Under the pieces are notes generated by a model. It saw only the letters and a list, made by a program, of their open reading frames with translations, was not told the origin of the DNA and made no database searches. Positions 42,641-51,949 of a stretch of 64,000 nucleotides of DNA are shown piece by piece. The stretch's first letter is position 1. Each line of letters begins with the position of its first letter. Position numbers and translations under genes: made by a program. The DNA lies in the NCBI GenBank assembly GCA_051003155.1, contig JBPCLO010000026.1, positions 64,001 through 128,000 on the forward strand, in the 5' to 3' direction. This DNA is from Fimbriimonadales bacterium (GTDB lineage Bacteria; Armatimonadota; Fimbriimonadia; Fimbriimonadales; ATM1).

Positions 42641-43405
42641 TCAGCCCAAGTGCATGTACACCGAAGCGCCGCCGTCGACCATGATGGTTGCCCCGTTGAC
42701 GTACGACGCCTCATCCGACGCCAAAAACACCACAGCCTTCGCCACATCGCCGGGTGTGCACAGCCGAGGCATCGCGTAATCTCGCAGCGCCGGCTCGATC
42801 TGCTCCGGCGTCCGGTAGAGCGGCTCCAGCGAGGGAGTGAGCACGAGGCCGGGGGCGACGGCGTTGCACCGGATGCCGCGCGGCCCGTACCGCGCTGCCA
42901 TGGATTTTGCCAGGTGAACCAAGCCGGCCTTGCACGCTCCGTACGCCGGCCGCACCCCGCGCCCGACGAAGCCCTCGATCGACGCCGTGTGCACGATCGC
43001 ACCGACGCCGCGCGCCAGCATATGCGGGATCGCGTGCTTGCAGCCCATGAACGCGCCCTTCAGGTTGACCGCCACCATCTGATCGAAAACCGCCATATCC
43101 AACGCCGCGATATCGTCGTCCAGCGCAATGACGTGGGAGTCGGCCGCGTTGTTGTGCAGGATGTCGATGCCGCCAAACGTCTCCACCGCTGTCTCGATCA
43201 TCCGAACAACTTGCGATTCATCCGAAACATCCACGACGGCCGCCACTGCCCCTTCGATCTCCCCAGCCACCCGCTCAGCAGCCTGCCCGTCGATGTCGGC
43301 AACAACGACCGACGCTCCCTCCCTGGCCATCAGCCGCGCCGTCGCCTCGCCGATTCCGCTGCCCGCACCGGTGACGACGGCGACTTTACTTGTTAGGCGT
43401 GTCAT
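42641..43405 (-). CDS. Short-chain dehydrogenase/reductase
   Basis: TGAGSGIG, NNAA and YGACK. Confidence 0.95.
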   Translation of the reverse strand: MTRLTSKVAVVTGAGSGIGEATARLMAREGASVVVADIDGQAAERVAGEIEGAVAAVVDVSDESQVVRMIETAVETFGGIDILHNNAADSHVIALDDDIAALDMAVFDQMVAVNLKGAFMGCKHAIPHMLARGVGAIVHTASIEGFVGRGVRPAYGACKAGLVHLAKSMAARYGPRGIRCNAVAPGLVLTPSLEPLYRTPEQIEPALRDYAMPRLCTPGDVAKAVVFLASDEASYVNGATIMVDGGASVYMHLG

Positions 43406-43490
43406 CGGTGGACGCTACCCGATGGGCCGAGGCCGCGATTGCATCCCTGCCTGCAAGCAACTGCAGTTCCAAACGCCATAATCAGAGCCT

Positions 43491-44774
43491 ATGTCCCTCC
43501 ACGCAGTCAATCCAGACGTACAAGCGCAACGCACGCACAACCTCGCCCAGACCGACCCCGAGGTTGCCGGAATTATCCGCAAAGAGGAGACGCGGCAGGA
43601 GACTAACCTCGAGCTGATCGCAAGCGAGAACATCGTGAGTAAGGCAGTCCGCGAGGCGGCCGGCAGCGTGATGACCGATAAGTACGCCGAGGGGTACCCG
43701 GGCAAGCGGTATTACGGCGGCTGCGAGTACATGGACGAGGTCGAGAGCCTCGCGATCGAGCGGGTGAAGGCACTATACGGCGCGCAGTGGGCGAATGTGC
43801 AGCCACACAGCGGCGCCCAGGCGAACATGGCCGTCTATTTCACGCTTCTCGAGCCAGGCGACAAGATGATGGCGATGAACCTGGCCCACGGAGGCCACCT
43901 CACGCACGGCAGCCCTGTCAACTTCACGGGCAAAATGTACCAGATCATCCCATACGGAGTTCACGAGGGCGACGAAACGATCGACTACGACGAGCTTGCC
44001 AAGCTCGCAGAGGAGCACAGGCCCAAGATCATCGTTTCCGGCGCCACCGCGTACTCGCGCCGGATCGACTTCGCCCGTTTCCGCCAGATCGCTGACTCGG
44101 TGGGCGCGATCCTCATGACCGACATGGCGCATCCCGCGGGCCTCATCGCCGCCGACGAGTATCCGAATCCGGTACCTCACGCCCATGTGGTTACATCGAC
44201 GACGCACAAGACCCTTCGCGGGCCGCGGGGCGGGATTATTCTCTCTACAGACGCGGAGCTCGGAGCTCGGATCGACAAAACGGTCTTTCCAGGCATCCAG
44301 GGCGGCCCGCTCATGCACGCGATCGCGGGCAAGGCCGTTTGCTTCCACGACGCCGCCCAGCCGTCGTTCAAGGCGTACGCCCGCCAAGTCCGTCTGAATG
44401 CAGACGCGCTCGCCACCGCCATGACGAGCGAGGGATTCCGAATCGTGAGCGGAGGAACCGAAAGCCACCTCATGCTCGTGGACCTGCGGCCCTACGGCAT
44501 CAACGGCAAGGTCGCTCAAAACGTGCTCGACACCGTGAGCATCACCACGAACAAAAACTCGATCCCCTTCGACCCCGAAAAGCCCTTCGTAACCAGCGGC
44601 CTCCGCCTCGGGACGCCGGCTGTCACCACGCGTGGCATGGAGGAGCCGGAAATGGCCACAATCGCGTCACTGATCGCCCGGGCTTTGAGGAGCTATGAGA
44701 ACGAGGGCGAGCTAACTAACGTGCGTTCCGAGGTCGTCGCACTCACCTCACAGTTTCCGGTGCATGAGATATAG
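43491..44774 (+). CDS. glyA: Serine hydroxymethyltransferase
   Basis: [19 protein letters not shown] and [13 protein letters not shown]. Confidence 0.98.
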   Translation: MSLHAVNPDVQAQRTHNLAQTDPEVAGIIRKEETRQETNLELIASENIVSKAVREAAGSVMTDKYAEGYPGKRYYGGCEYMDEVESLAIERVKALYGAQWANVQPHSGAQANMAVYFTLLEPGDKMMAMNLAHGGHLTHGSPVNFTGKMYQIIPYGVHEGDETIDYDELAKLAEEHRPKIIVSGATAYSRRIDFARFRQIADSVGAILMTDMAHPAGLIAADEYPNPVPHAHVVTSTTHKTLRGPRGGIILSTDAELGARIDKTVFPGIQGGPLMHAIAGKAVCFHDAAQPSFKAYARQVRLNADALATAMTSEGFRIVSGGTESHLMLVDLRPYGINGKVAQNVLDTVSITTNKNSIPFDPEKPFVTSGLRLGTPAVTTRGMEEPEMATIASLIARALRSYENEGELTNVRSEVVALTSQFPVHEI

Positions 44775-45017
44775 ACAGTAGACTTCCTGCTATCGACATG
44801 AGCCGCCTCGAATCCTACGGCCAGGACCCATCTTCGGAGCGCGGTCTTTTCGTGCTCGAACTGGCACGCGGGAGAGCTTGCAAGGCGGGCCTCGCGATTG
44901 CCATCGGAGAACCATCGTGGGCAACGACGATAGAAGGCGTATTCAAAAACCCGAGAGCCTTTTCGGAGGCGTGGCTCGACAAGAATGGCGGCCAGTAAAC
45001 TCCTGTAACGCTTCCGC

Positions 45018-45509
45018 CTAACCCTTTCCTCGCCGTTCCAGCCTATATCCCTTGCCGTTGTCATCCGGAATTGCCCACCAGTAGCGATGTTCCGCAAGGT
45101 CCTTGGCCTTCCCCTCCTTCCAGTCGAACTGCGAGTAATGCTCCGGGCTCTTCTGCAGCAGGCGACTGCGATGCGAGGAATGCACTTTCTCGTCTCCCCA
45201 CCAAATCGGCAACGAGCCCTCGCGTGTGAAACCCTTTATTTGCTCTCGCAGCGCCTCCGTGCGAAGCCCCCGCCGGTCGGACTCGTCGGCTATCGCGTCT
45301 GCATAACGTGCAAGCGCTCCCGGCCAGAATTTCCACTGCAATGTCGCCGGGTGATTCAGCCACGCGGTCCGCTTCCCTCCGTCTTTCTTCGGCACGTCGT
45401 AAAGGATGTTTAAGATCAGAGCGCACTCGAGCAGTTGCTTCCCAAGTCGCCTCGTATCGAGGCACGCCGCGCATTCCGCGTAATCGGTCGAAGGCACGAA
45501 GACCTGCAC
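45018..45509 (-). CDS. MSMEG_6728-family / pyrimidine-dimer glycosylase-like protein
   Basis: MQVFVP...LDTRRLGKQ, NHPATLQW, P.WWGD and HSSHRS.LL.K. Confidence 0.8.
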   Translation of the reverse strand: MQVFVPSTDYAECAACLDTRRLGKQLLECALILNILYDVPKKDGGKRTAWLNHPATLQWKFWPGALARYADAIADESDRRGLRTEALREQIKGFTREGSLPIWWGDEKVHSSHRSRLLQKSPEHYSQFDWKEGKAKDLAEHRYWWAIPDDNGKGYRLERRGKG

Positions 45510-45600
45510 GCCCGAATTGTAGCTACAAAAGGGCCCGGCAGGGATAGGCGAGCCATGGTTCGCCATCCAACCGAACGCATCGTGTATTCTGCGAAGTCTC

Positions 45601-46503
45601 TTGGCCACGTCGACGCGCGAAGTCTATGCAGTAGAAGTCATCAGAGCCATCGCCAGCCGACATGGCCTAGAGGGCGACCTCGAGCTCATGCCAGACAGCG
45701 GCATGGTGAACGAGGCTTGGCTGATGGGTGGCGATTACGTGCTGCGCATCATCCGAGAACAAGAGGCCGACGAGGAGGCCGAGCGCGAGAGTCTGGTCGT
45801 CCCCCTCGTTCGCGCGGCGGGAGTTCGCTCACCCGACCTGATCGCGGCGAATCTCGAGCGCGACATCATCCCCCGGCCGTATACGATCTACGAGCGCGCG
45901 AAGGGCGAGCTGCTCGGCCACCTGACAGACGATCCGGCATTGTTCGGCGTCCTCTATCGGGAGCTCGGACGCGAGATCGCCCTAATCAACAGCATTTCGC
46001 TTCCCGAGGGCGAAACGTCCCTTCGCGACGGCTCACTCTTCGACGCACCCGAGCAGGTCGCGAAGGCTCTCGCAGCCCAGAAAATCTCCGAAGTTGAAGC
46101 AAAGGAGATCCGCCAGCGGCTCGATGACCTTGAAGCCGACTTCGGCGAGAAGCCAGAGCCGGCACTCCTGCACCGCGACCTCCACCCCTGGAATATGTTC
46201 GCCGACCCGGACACGCGCGAGCTGACGGCAATCATCGATTGGGGCGACGCAGCATGGGGTGACCCAGCGATAGAGTTCGCGTCGATGCCGCTCGTTGCAT
46301 TGCCCAACATGTTCGAAGGATACAAGGAGGCAGGCGGAGGAGTCGATCGCCATCTGATCGCGAGGTCAGTCCACCGGGGCATCGGCCTCGCACTTTGGGA
46401 ACTGCGCGACCTGGATCCACGCCGCTTCGCCCGACAATGGTGGCGCATGTCACCGGGCGGATGGGATGAAGTTTGGCGGACCGTCGACAGATTGATGGCC
46501 TAA
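45601..46503 (+). CDS. Aminoglycoside phosphotransferase-family kinase
   Basis: YVLRI, LLHRDLHPWN and IIDWGD. Confidence 0.9.
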   Translation: MATSTREVYAVEVIRAIASRHGLEGDLELMPDSGMVNEAWLMGGDYVLRIIREQEADEEAERESLVVPLVRAAGVRSPDLIAANLERDIIPRPYTIYERAKGELLGHLTDDPALFGVLYRELGREIALINSISLPEGETSLRDGSLFDAPEQVAKALAAQKISEVEAKEIRQRLDDLEADFGEKPEPALLHRDLHPWNMFADPDTRELTAIIDWGDAAWGDPAIEFASMPLVALPNMFEGYKEAGGGVDRHLIARSVHRGIGLALWELRDLDPRRFARQWWRMSPGGWDEVWRTVDRLMA

Positions 46504-46535
46504 CTTCGGGCCAGCGGTTGGTAAACTGGGACTAA

Positions 46536-47885
46536 GTGAGAACGCGTCACGTAGCGCTCGTGGCAATGTCCGGCGTTCGAGTCGTCGACCCAAAGCTTCG
46601 CGAGATCGGCCTGACATTACCCGGCTTCGTCGAGCGCGGGAAAGTTATAGCCTCCCTGCCAAGCCTTGGCCTTCTGACCCTAGCGGCGTTGTGCCCGACG
46701 GATTGGGAGCCCTCGTACGTCGAGATCGACGAACTCGGACCGGACGCCGCCAACGAGATCACCGGCATGAAGCCTGACTTGGTCGCCATCTCGTCTCTCA
46801 GCGCTCGGGTCGACGACGCGTACGCTTTAGCAGAAGCGATTCAACGTGCGGGCATTCCGGTGGTTATCGGCGGGCTGCACGCCACCGTCTTGCCCGACGA
46901 AGCGCTCAGGCATGCCACGGCCGTCGTTGCCGGTGACGGTGAACTGGCTTGGCAGCGGGTGTTGGCCGATGCGGCGGTCGGCAAACTGGCGGGTATCTAC
47001 AAGAACCAGGGATATTGCTTCGCAGACGGCGACCCGGTACCGCGCTATGACCTGCTCGATGTCGAGAAGTACAACCGGCTGACCCTTCAGGCTTCTCGAG
47101 GCTGTCCGCTGGACTGCTCGTTTTGCGCAGCATCGAGGCTCCTTGGCCCGCCCCGCCGAAAGCCGATCTCGCAAATCAGGCGCGAGCTAGAAGCGATCCT
47201 TCGCATCTGGCCGCGGCCATTCATCGAACTGGCCGACGACAACACTTTCCTTGCAAACCGGTGGTCGGCGGAGTTGCTCGATTTATTCTCCGAATACCGG
47301 ATCAAGTGGTTTACAGAAACCGACATCTCGATAGCAGACAAACCTAATCTTCTTGATAAGCTTGCCGATTCCGGCTGTGTTCAAGTGCTTATAGGACTGG
47401 AGTCCGCAGTTCCTGAATCGCTCGCGACGGTGGATCCGCGCGGTTGGAAGCGCCGCAGAATGGAGCGGTACGCGGAGAGCGTGGCTCGCATCCAAACCGC
47501 CGGCGTGTCGGTCAACGGGTGCTTCGTTCTGGGATTCGATCAGGACGGCCCCGAAGTGTTCGAAGAGACGCTCGCGATGATCGGCCAATTGGATCTTGCC
47601 GAAGTGCAACTGACGATCCTCACACCGTTTCCCGGGACGTCCACCTACGCACAGCTGCGGCAACAAAAGCGACTCTTCTTCGATCGCTTCTGGGACAAGT
47701 GCACACTATTCGATCTCACATTCCGTCCGAAGCGTATGAGCGCAGAGGAGTTTCATGCTGGCTTTCTCTGGCTAGTGCGACAGGTCTATTCACAGCAAGC
47801 GACCGCGGCCCGAAAGAAACGATTTCGTAGCTGTGTCCGTGAACGTTTCAGGAAGGAGAAGGCAAAGGCGTGCGCCAAGTCCTAA
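46536..47885 (+). CDS. B12-binding radical SAM protein
   Basis: IGGLHAT, SRGCPLDCSFC and TPFPGT. Confidence 0.93.
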   Translation: MRTRHVALVAMSGVRVVDPKLREIGLTLPGFVERGKVIASLPSLGLLTLAALCPTDWEPSYVEIDELGPDAANEITGMKPDLVAISSLSARVDDAYALAEAIQRAGIPVVIGGLHATVLPDEALRHATAVVAGDGELAWQRVLADAAVGKLAGIYKNQGYCFADGDPVPRYDLLDVEKYNRLTLQASRGCPLDCSFCAASRLLGPPRRKPISQIRRELEAILRIWPRPFIELADDNTFLANRWSAELLDLFSEYRIKWFTETDISIADKPNLLDKLADSGCVQVLIGLESAVPESLATVDPRGWKRRRMERYAESVARIQTAGVSVNGCFVLGFDQDGPEVFEETLAMIGQLDLAEVQLTILTPFPGTSTYAQLRQQKRLFFDRFWDKCTLFDLTFRPKRMSAEEFHAGFLWLVRQVYSQQATAARKKRFRSCVRERFRKEKAKACAKS

Positions 47886-48571
47886 GCGACCTCGGGGACG
47901 TTCTGCTCCTGCGCATATCCGGCGACCGCATTCGGGGACTGGGCTGGAAGCACTTTGCACTGGGTCTAGTCTTGACCTGGATCGTCGGCATCGGCCGATG
48001 GTACGACGATCCCGATGCGGTGCTGGCCCAACAACTGGGCGCCGGCTCGGTAGGCTATATTTTCGTGATTAGTCTGCTGATTTGCTGGTTGGGGGGCCCA
48101 TTCGCCACCGCGCGAGAAATTCCATGGACTTACCCGCGGGTTCTCACGTACGTCTCCTTGACTGCACTGCCAGGAATCGTTTACGCCTTTCCGATCGAGT
48201 GGGTTGCATCGGCGTCGGTTTCACGATACTACAACCTGTCAGCCCTCGCTCTCGTATCGGCCTGGAGGGTTGCGATGCTCGTGCGCCTTTACCGCGACGG
48301 CGCGGGCATGAAGCCGACGCAAACGGCCGCTACGACGCTATTCCTGATAAGCGGGATAGTCCTGGTTTTGTCGTTTGCAAGAGTCTTGAACGCCGTCGCA
48401 TCCGCTATGGGAGGATTTCGTGAAGAGGGAGAAAGGCTGGCTGCCGACCTCGCGGTGGGCGCCTGTATGATCTCGATCGGCGTGCTCGTCGTTTCGGGGA
48501 TATCGTACTGGTACTTATGTGCCACGCGATATCGAGGCTGGCCCTGGACAGGCCGATCACGTCGTCTCTGA
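47870..48571 (+). CDS. Hypothetical membrane protein
   Basis: Several TM helices; WIVGIGRWYD. Confidence 0.75.
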   Translation: MRQVLSDLGDVLLLRISGDRIRGLGWKHFALGLVLTWIVGIGRWYDDPDAVLAQQLGAGSVGYIFVISLLICWLGGPFATAREIPWTYPRVLTYVSLTALPGIVYAFPIEWVASASVSRYYNLSALALVSAWRVAMLVRLYRDGAGMKPTQTAATTLFLISGIVLVLSFARVLNAVASAMGGFREEGERLAADLAVGACMISIGVLVVSGISYWYLCATRYRGWPWTGRSRRL

Positions 48572-48575
48572 TGAT

Positions 48576-49178
48576 TCAGTCTTTAATTGAAGTCGCCTGA
48601 ACCGCGCCCTTAGGCGGGTTCCAGTCCCACGAGGCCTCGCTTGGCCTGCGGTCGAAGTGGAGCTCAATGAATTCGGTTACGTACGTGGCTTGGCTACCTC
48701 CCATCCGAATAGCGATGGGTGGGCTCTTGTCTGACGAGACGATAAGATCGTATGGATCAGCCTCCCTCCGTATCAGCGTAAAGACTCTAACCTTCCGACG
48801 TTCGTACTCGCCATCCTTCGCGACGATGGCGATGGGTAAGGTGCAGGCCGGTGACGAGAATCGTTTCCCGAACGCGGCCGCAGACTGCCACGCGGACGGT
48901 TTCTCTACAAGGTACTTATTCTCGTCTGGCGAGTACATGTACGTGACTTTGCCGTCGCAATGCATCTCTCGGTTAGCGCCGAAATATGCGGAACGACCCC
49001 CGACGCCGATTCGAAATGTCCATACACTGCCTTGCGACACCGGGCCGCCCCTCGAAATCATCGCACCCGTAATGGCTCGGAACTTGTCGAAGTTCGCCAA
49101 GTAGGCCAAATACTCGTCGGTGGCATCTTGCGATACGGGCGTACCAAGGCTCAGCAGCAGGCTGATTGCAGTGATCAT
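48576..49178 (-). CDS. Secreted protein, LolA-like fold possible
   Basis: GGAGG RBS; signal peptide; DGKVTYMYSPDENKY and terminal PPKGA. Confidence 0.65.
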   Translation of the reverse strand: MITAISLLLSLGTPVSQDATDEYLAYLANFDKFRAITGAMISRGGPVSQGSVWTFRIGVGGRSAYFGANREMHCDGKVTYMYSPDENKYLVEKPSAWQSAAAFGKRFSSPACTLPIAIVAKDGEYERRKVRVFTLIRREADPYDLIVSSDKSPPIAIRMGGSQATYVTEFIELHFDRRPSEASWDWNPPKGAVQATSIKD

Positions 49179-49234
49179 CTTTTGTCCTCCCTTTGTTCGA
49201 CGCTCAAGAAACGAACAAGATTCCTACAAAAAAG

Positions 49235-49514
49235 GAGCCGGATCACCAATGTGAGCCGGCTCCTTTCAAGTGCACAGACCTTAGTTTTTGACGATCTGCT
49301 CTTCTTCTTCCTTGGCGCCGCCATTGGTGCCGGTCGCCTTGCGGAACAGGATTTGGCAGTTCTTGTCCAATTCGACAAGGACCGTGTCGCCGGCTTCGAA
49401 CCGTCCGAACAGAATCTCTTCGCTGAGCGGGTCCTCGATGAACTTCTGGACTGCCTGCGCAGCGGCCGGGCGCCCATGTCGGGGGCGTAGCCTTCGCGAG
49501 CGAGCATTTCCTTC
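49235..49514 (-). pseudogene. Diverged copy of the clpC 3' end and its terminator
   Basis: Aligns with 51904-52184, with substitutions and a 1-bp deletion. Confidence 0.92.
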
Positions 49515-50089
49515 CCAAGTCGCCTCGTATCGAGGAACGCCGCGCATTCCGCGTAATCGGTCGAAGGCACGAAGACCTGCACGTCGCGAATTGTAGTTTA
49601 AAAAGGGCCCGGCAGGGAGAGGCGATCCATGGTTCGCCATCCAACCGAACGCATTGTGTATTCTGCGAAGTCTCTGGGCCACGTCGACGCGCGAAATCTA
49701 TGCAGTAGAAGTCATCAGGGCTATCACCAGCCGACATGGCCTAGAGGGCGACCTCGAGCTCATGTCAGACAGCGGCATGGTGAACGAGGCTTGGCTGATG
49801 GGTGGCGAGTACGTGCTGCGCATCATCCGAGCGACGCGGCTTGGGTGACCCAGCGATAGAGTTCGCATCGATGCCGCTCGTCGCATTGCCCAACATGGTC
49901 GAAAGATACAAGGAGGCAGGCGGAGGAGTCGATCGCCATCTGATCGCGAGGTCGCTCCATCTCGGCATCGGCCTCGCATTATGGGAGCTACGCGAACTCG
50001 AACCCCGCCGCTTCGCTCGCCAGTGGTGGCGGATGTCGCCGGGAGGATGGGATGACGTCTGGCGAGCCGTCGATACGTTCATGGCTTAG
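49511..50089. pseudogene. Diverged copy of the MSMEG_6728-like 5' end and an internally deleted APH gene
   Basis: 49511-49831 matches 45438-45757; 49831-50089 matches 46244-46503. Confidence 0.92.
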
Positions 50090-51661
50090 CTAGGAAAGAG
50101 GAACCCGCCCGGCCAATCCTCTAAGAGTCTTCAGAGCGCGCTCGCCGACACGTGCGAGCAATTCGTCCGCGCCTTGGAGCGCCTTCTCGATATGCGGGAT
50201 CGCCCTCGCATCGCCACTTTTTTCGAGGGCCGCAACTGCCTGCCAGTGTATCTTCCGATCCTCGCTTCGCCCGAGAACCCAAACCGCCACGTCGAATGCC
50301 CGCGCCTTATCGAATTTCGGCGAATTAGCAAGCAGGTTGCCGCGGACCTGCTGATCGTCGGTAACGTCTGCGATGACAGAGAAAACCGCATCGACAAACT
50401 GCGCATCAGGCTTTTCTACGGCGTGCGCGATGTCGCTACGGTCGTGCGGCCGGGCACTCTTATCCGAGAGCAGCGCTCTAATAACATCAGAGCGCTCGGT
50501 GTAGCCAAGGCGGGCGAAGCTTTTCGCGATTGCGGCCTGCTCGTCTTCGTTCATCGTCGGAAGCGTAGCCGCCGCTTCCAAATAGCCGATGGCATTGGGA
50601 TCGTCGGTCCAGCCGAGCGCTTCCAGCACCTTCACACGCTCCCAAGAGTTTTCGGTTTGCCAGTTCGTCAGCAGTTCGACCGCCCGCGGATCGCGGAGTG
50701 CGGCAAGCGCCAGGGCCGCTTCCCATCGCAACTCCCTGTCAGTCGAAGTCATCAATGCGTAAACGCGTTCTCTTAGCGCGTCCGAATTCCAGACGCGCAG
50801 CACGCGCCGCATCCTTTCGGCGTTTTCCGGCTCCCGTTCAATGATGAGTGCTGCTGTTGAACGCCCGGTCGGGCCGGCCACTCGGATGACGATCTCGAGA
50901 GCGCCCTGCGCGACGCGCGGCTCGTCGCGCAGGGCGTGCATCACGGCAGCGAACTGCTCGTCTTCAAGCGAATAAAGATTAAACGCGCCAAACCAAACGA
51001 CAGCGCCCAATAACGCGGCACGCACGCCAGCCTCTTCATCTTCGATGGACATCTTGAGCAGGCGATTGGCCAATGGCGTGTCGATGCGCATCCCTTGGAG
51101 GTATTGGATCGCTCGCCTGCGGTTAGCCGCGCTGGTATCATCGAGGAAGCTCGCAAAGCCTTCCACTTTGGTAGCCTCGTGGGCATACTCTAGGCCCGAC
51201 AAGGCGAGGTATCGAATCTGCGGGTTCTCAGAGGTTCTCAGCTTCCATAGCAGCGGACGGGCTTCGTTCGGCTGAGGGCCGTGCGTATCCGTCGCCAACC
51301 TAAAGAGCAAGCTGGCGTACGATCGCCTGCGCTCCGGCGGGCCGCTTAGCGCCTTCTGGAGAATGGCGCGATATGCGGGCATGCCGATGCTACGCAGCGC
51401 GCCTTCCGCAACTTCTTCGGTGCCGGGGGCGAACGCCGCGGCCAAGATCATCTTCAGGTGCTTGATATCGCCGGTTTGGCCGAGCGCCCAAATGGCGCTA
51501 CTCTTGACCGTAAGGTCGGCAGAGCGGGCTTCGGATACGAGCCGCCCGATGTCCTCTTTCAGGAGCAGTTCGGCGGCGTGCATGCGCGCCGCGTCCTGCG
51601 CAGGTATCTGACTGCCCTGCGCATATGCGAAGACAATCCATGTGAGGAGCGGCAAGACCAT
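50090..51661 (-). CDS. Secreted HEAT/PBS-lyase repeat protein
   Basis: Signal peptide; repeated A..ALG...D.RA...L units. Confidence 0.85.
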   Translation of the reverse strand: MVLPLLTWIVFAYAQGSQIPAQDAARMHAAELLLKEDIGRLVSEARSADLTVKSSAIWALGQTGDIKHLKMILAAAFAPGTEEVAEGALRSIGMPAYRAILQKALSGPPERRRSYASLLFRLATDTHGPQPNEARPLLWKLRTSENPQIRYLALSGLEYAHEATKVEGFASFLDDTSAANRRRAIQYLQGMRIDTPLANRLLKMSIEDEEAGVRAALLGAVVWFGAFNLYSLEDEQFAAVMHALRDEPRVAQGALEIVIRVAGPTGRSTAALIIEREPENAERMRRVLRVWNSDALRERVYALMTSTDRELRWEAALALAALRDPRAVELLTNWQTENSWERVKVLEALGWTDDPNAIGYLEAAATLPTMNEDEQAAIAKSFARLGYTERSDVIRALLSDKSARPHDRSDIAHAVEKPDAQFVDAVFSVIADVTDDQQVRGNLLANSPKFDKARAFDVAVWVLGRSEDRKIHWQAVAALEKSGDARAIPHIEKALQGADELLARVGERALKTLRGLAGRVPLS

Positions 51662-51901
51662 TTCGGACACTATTCTACTCCGCTCTCTAACGTCCCATGG
51701 GCGCCGGTGCCCGGGTTCAGGACCGACCATCTCCTCTGCGAGCGTCTATCAGTTCCAGTCTAATAAAATTCTCGTCGTACGGAAACGGAATAGCCAAGCC
51801 CCTCCCTCGGAATGACTTGTGTTTGAAGGAGGGGGTTGGGCGTCGCAGCCAATACGCTAAGTTCCTGTCCAGCGCCCGAAGACTTGGTAGGACTCAAACA
51901 A

Positions 51902-51934
51902 ATGAGCCGGTTCGCCAAAGTGAGCCGGCTCATT
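51902..51934 (-). terminator. Hairpin downstream of clpC
   Basis: ATGAGCCGG...CCGGCTCAT; the stem is retained with a paired change (GGAGCCGG/CCGGCTCC) in the copy near 49234. Confidence 0.65.
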
Positions 51935-51949
51935 TCAAGTGCACAGACC

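Noticed and set aside
44798..44998. 66-aa ORF after glyA
   Set aside because: No RBS or motif; possibly debris, not supportable
45601..46503. Antibiotic resistance call for the APH-family gene (and for the VanW gene)
   Set aside because: Family membership alone does not imply resistance, and there is no mobile resistance context
49175..49582. Apparent fusion ORF of glycosylase-like and ClpC sequence
   Set aside because: Product of the duplication junction; shifts out of the ClpC frame after a few codons
45438..50089. Diversity-generating retroelement TR/VR pair
   Set aside because: Differences between the repeats are not adenine-specific and no reverse transcriptase is in the window
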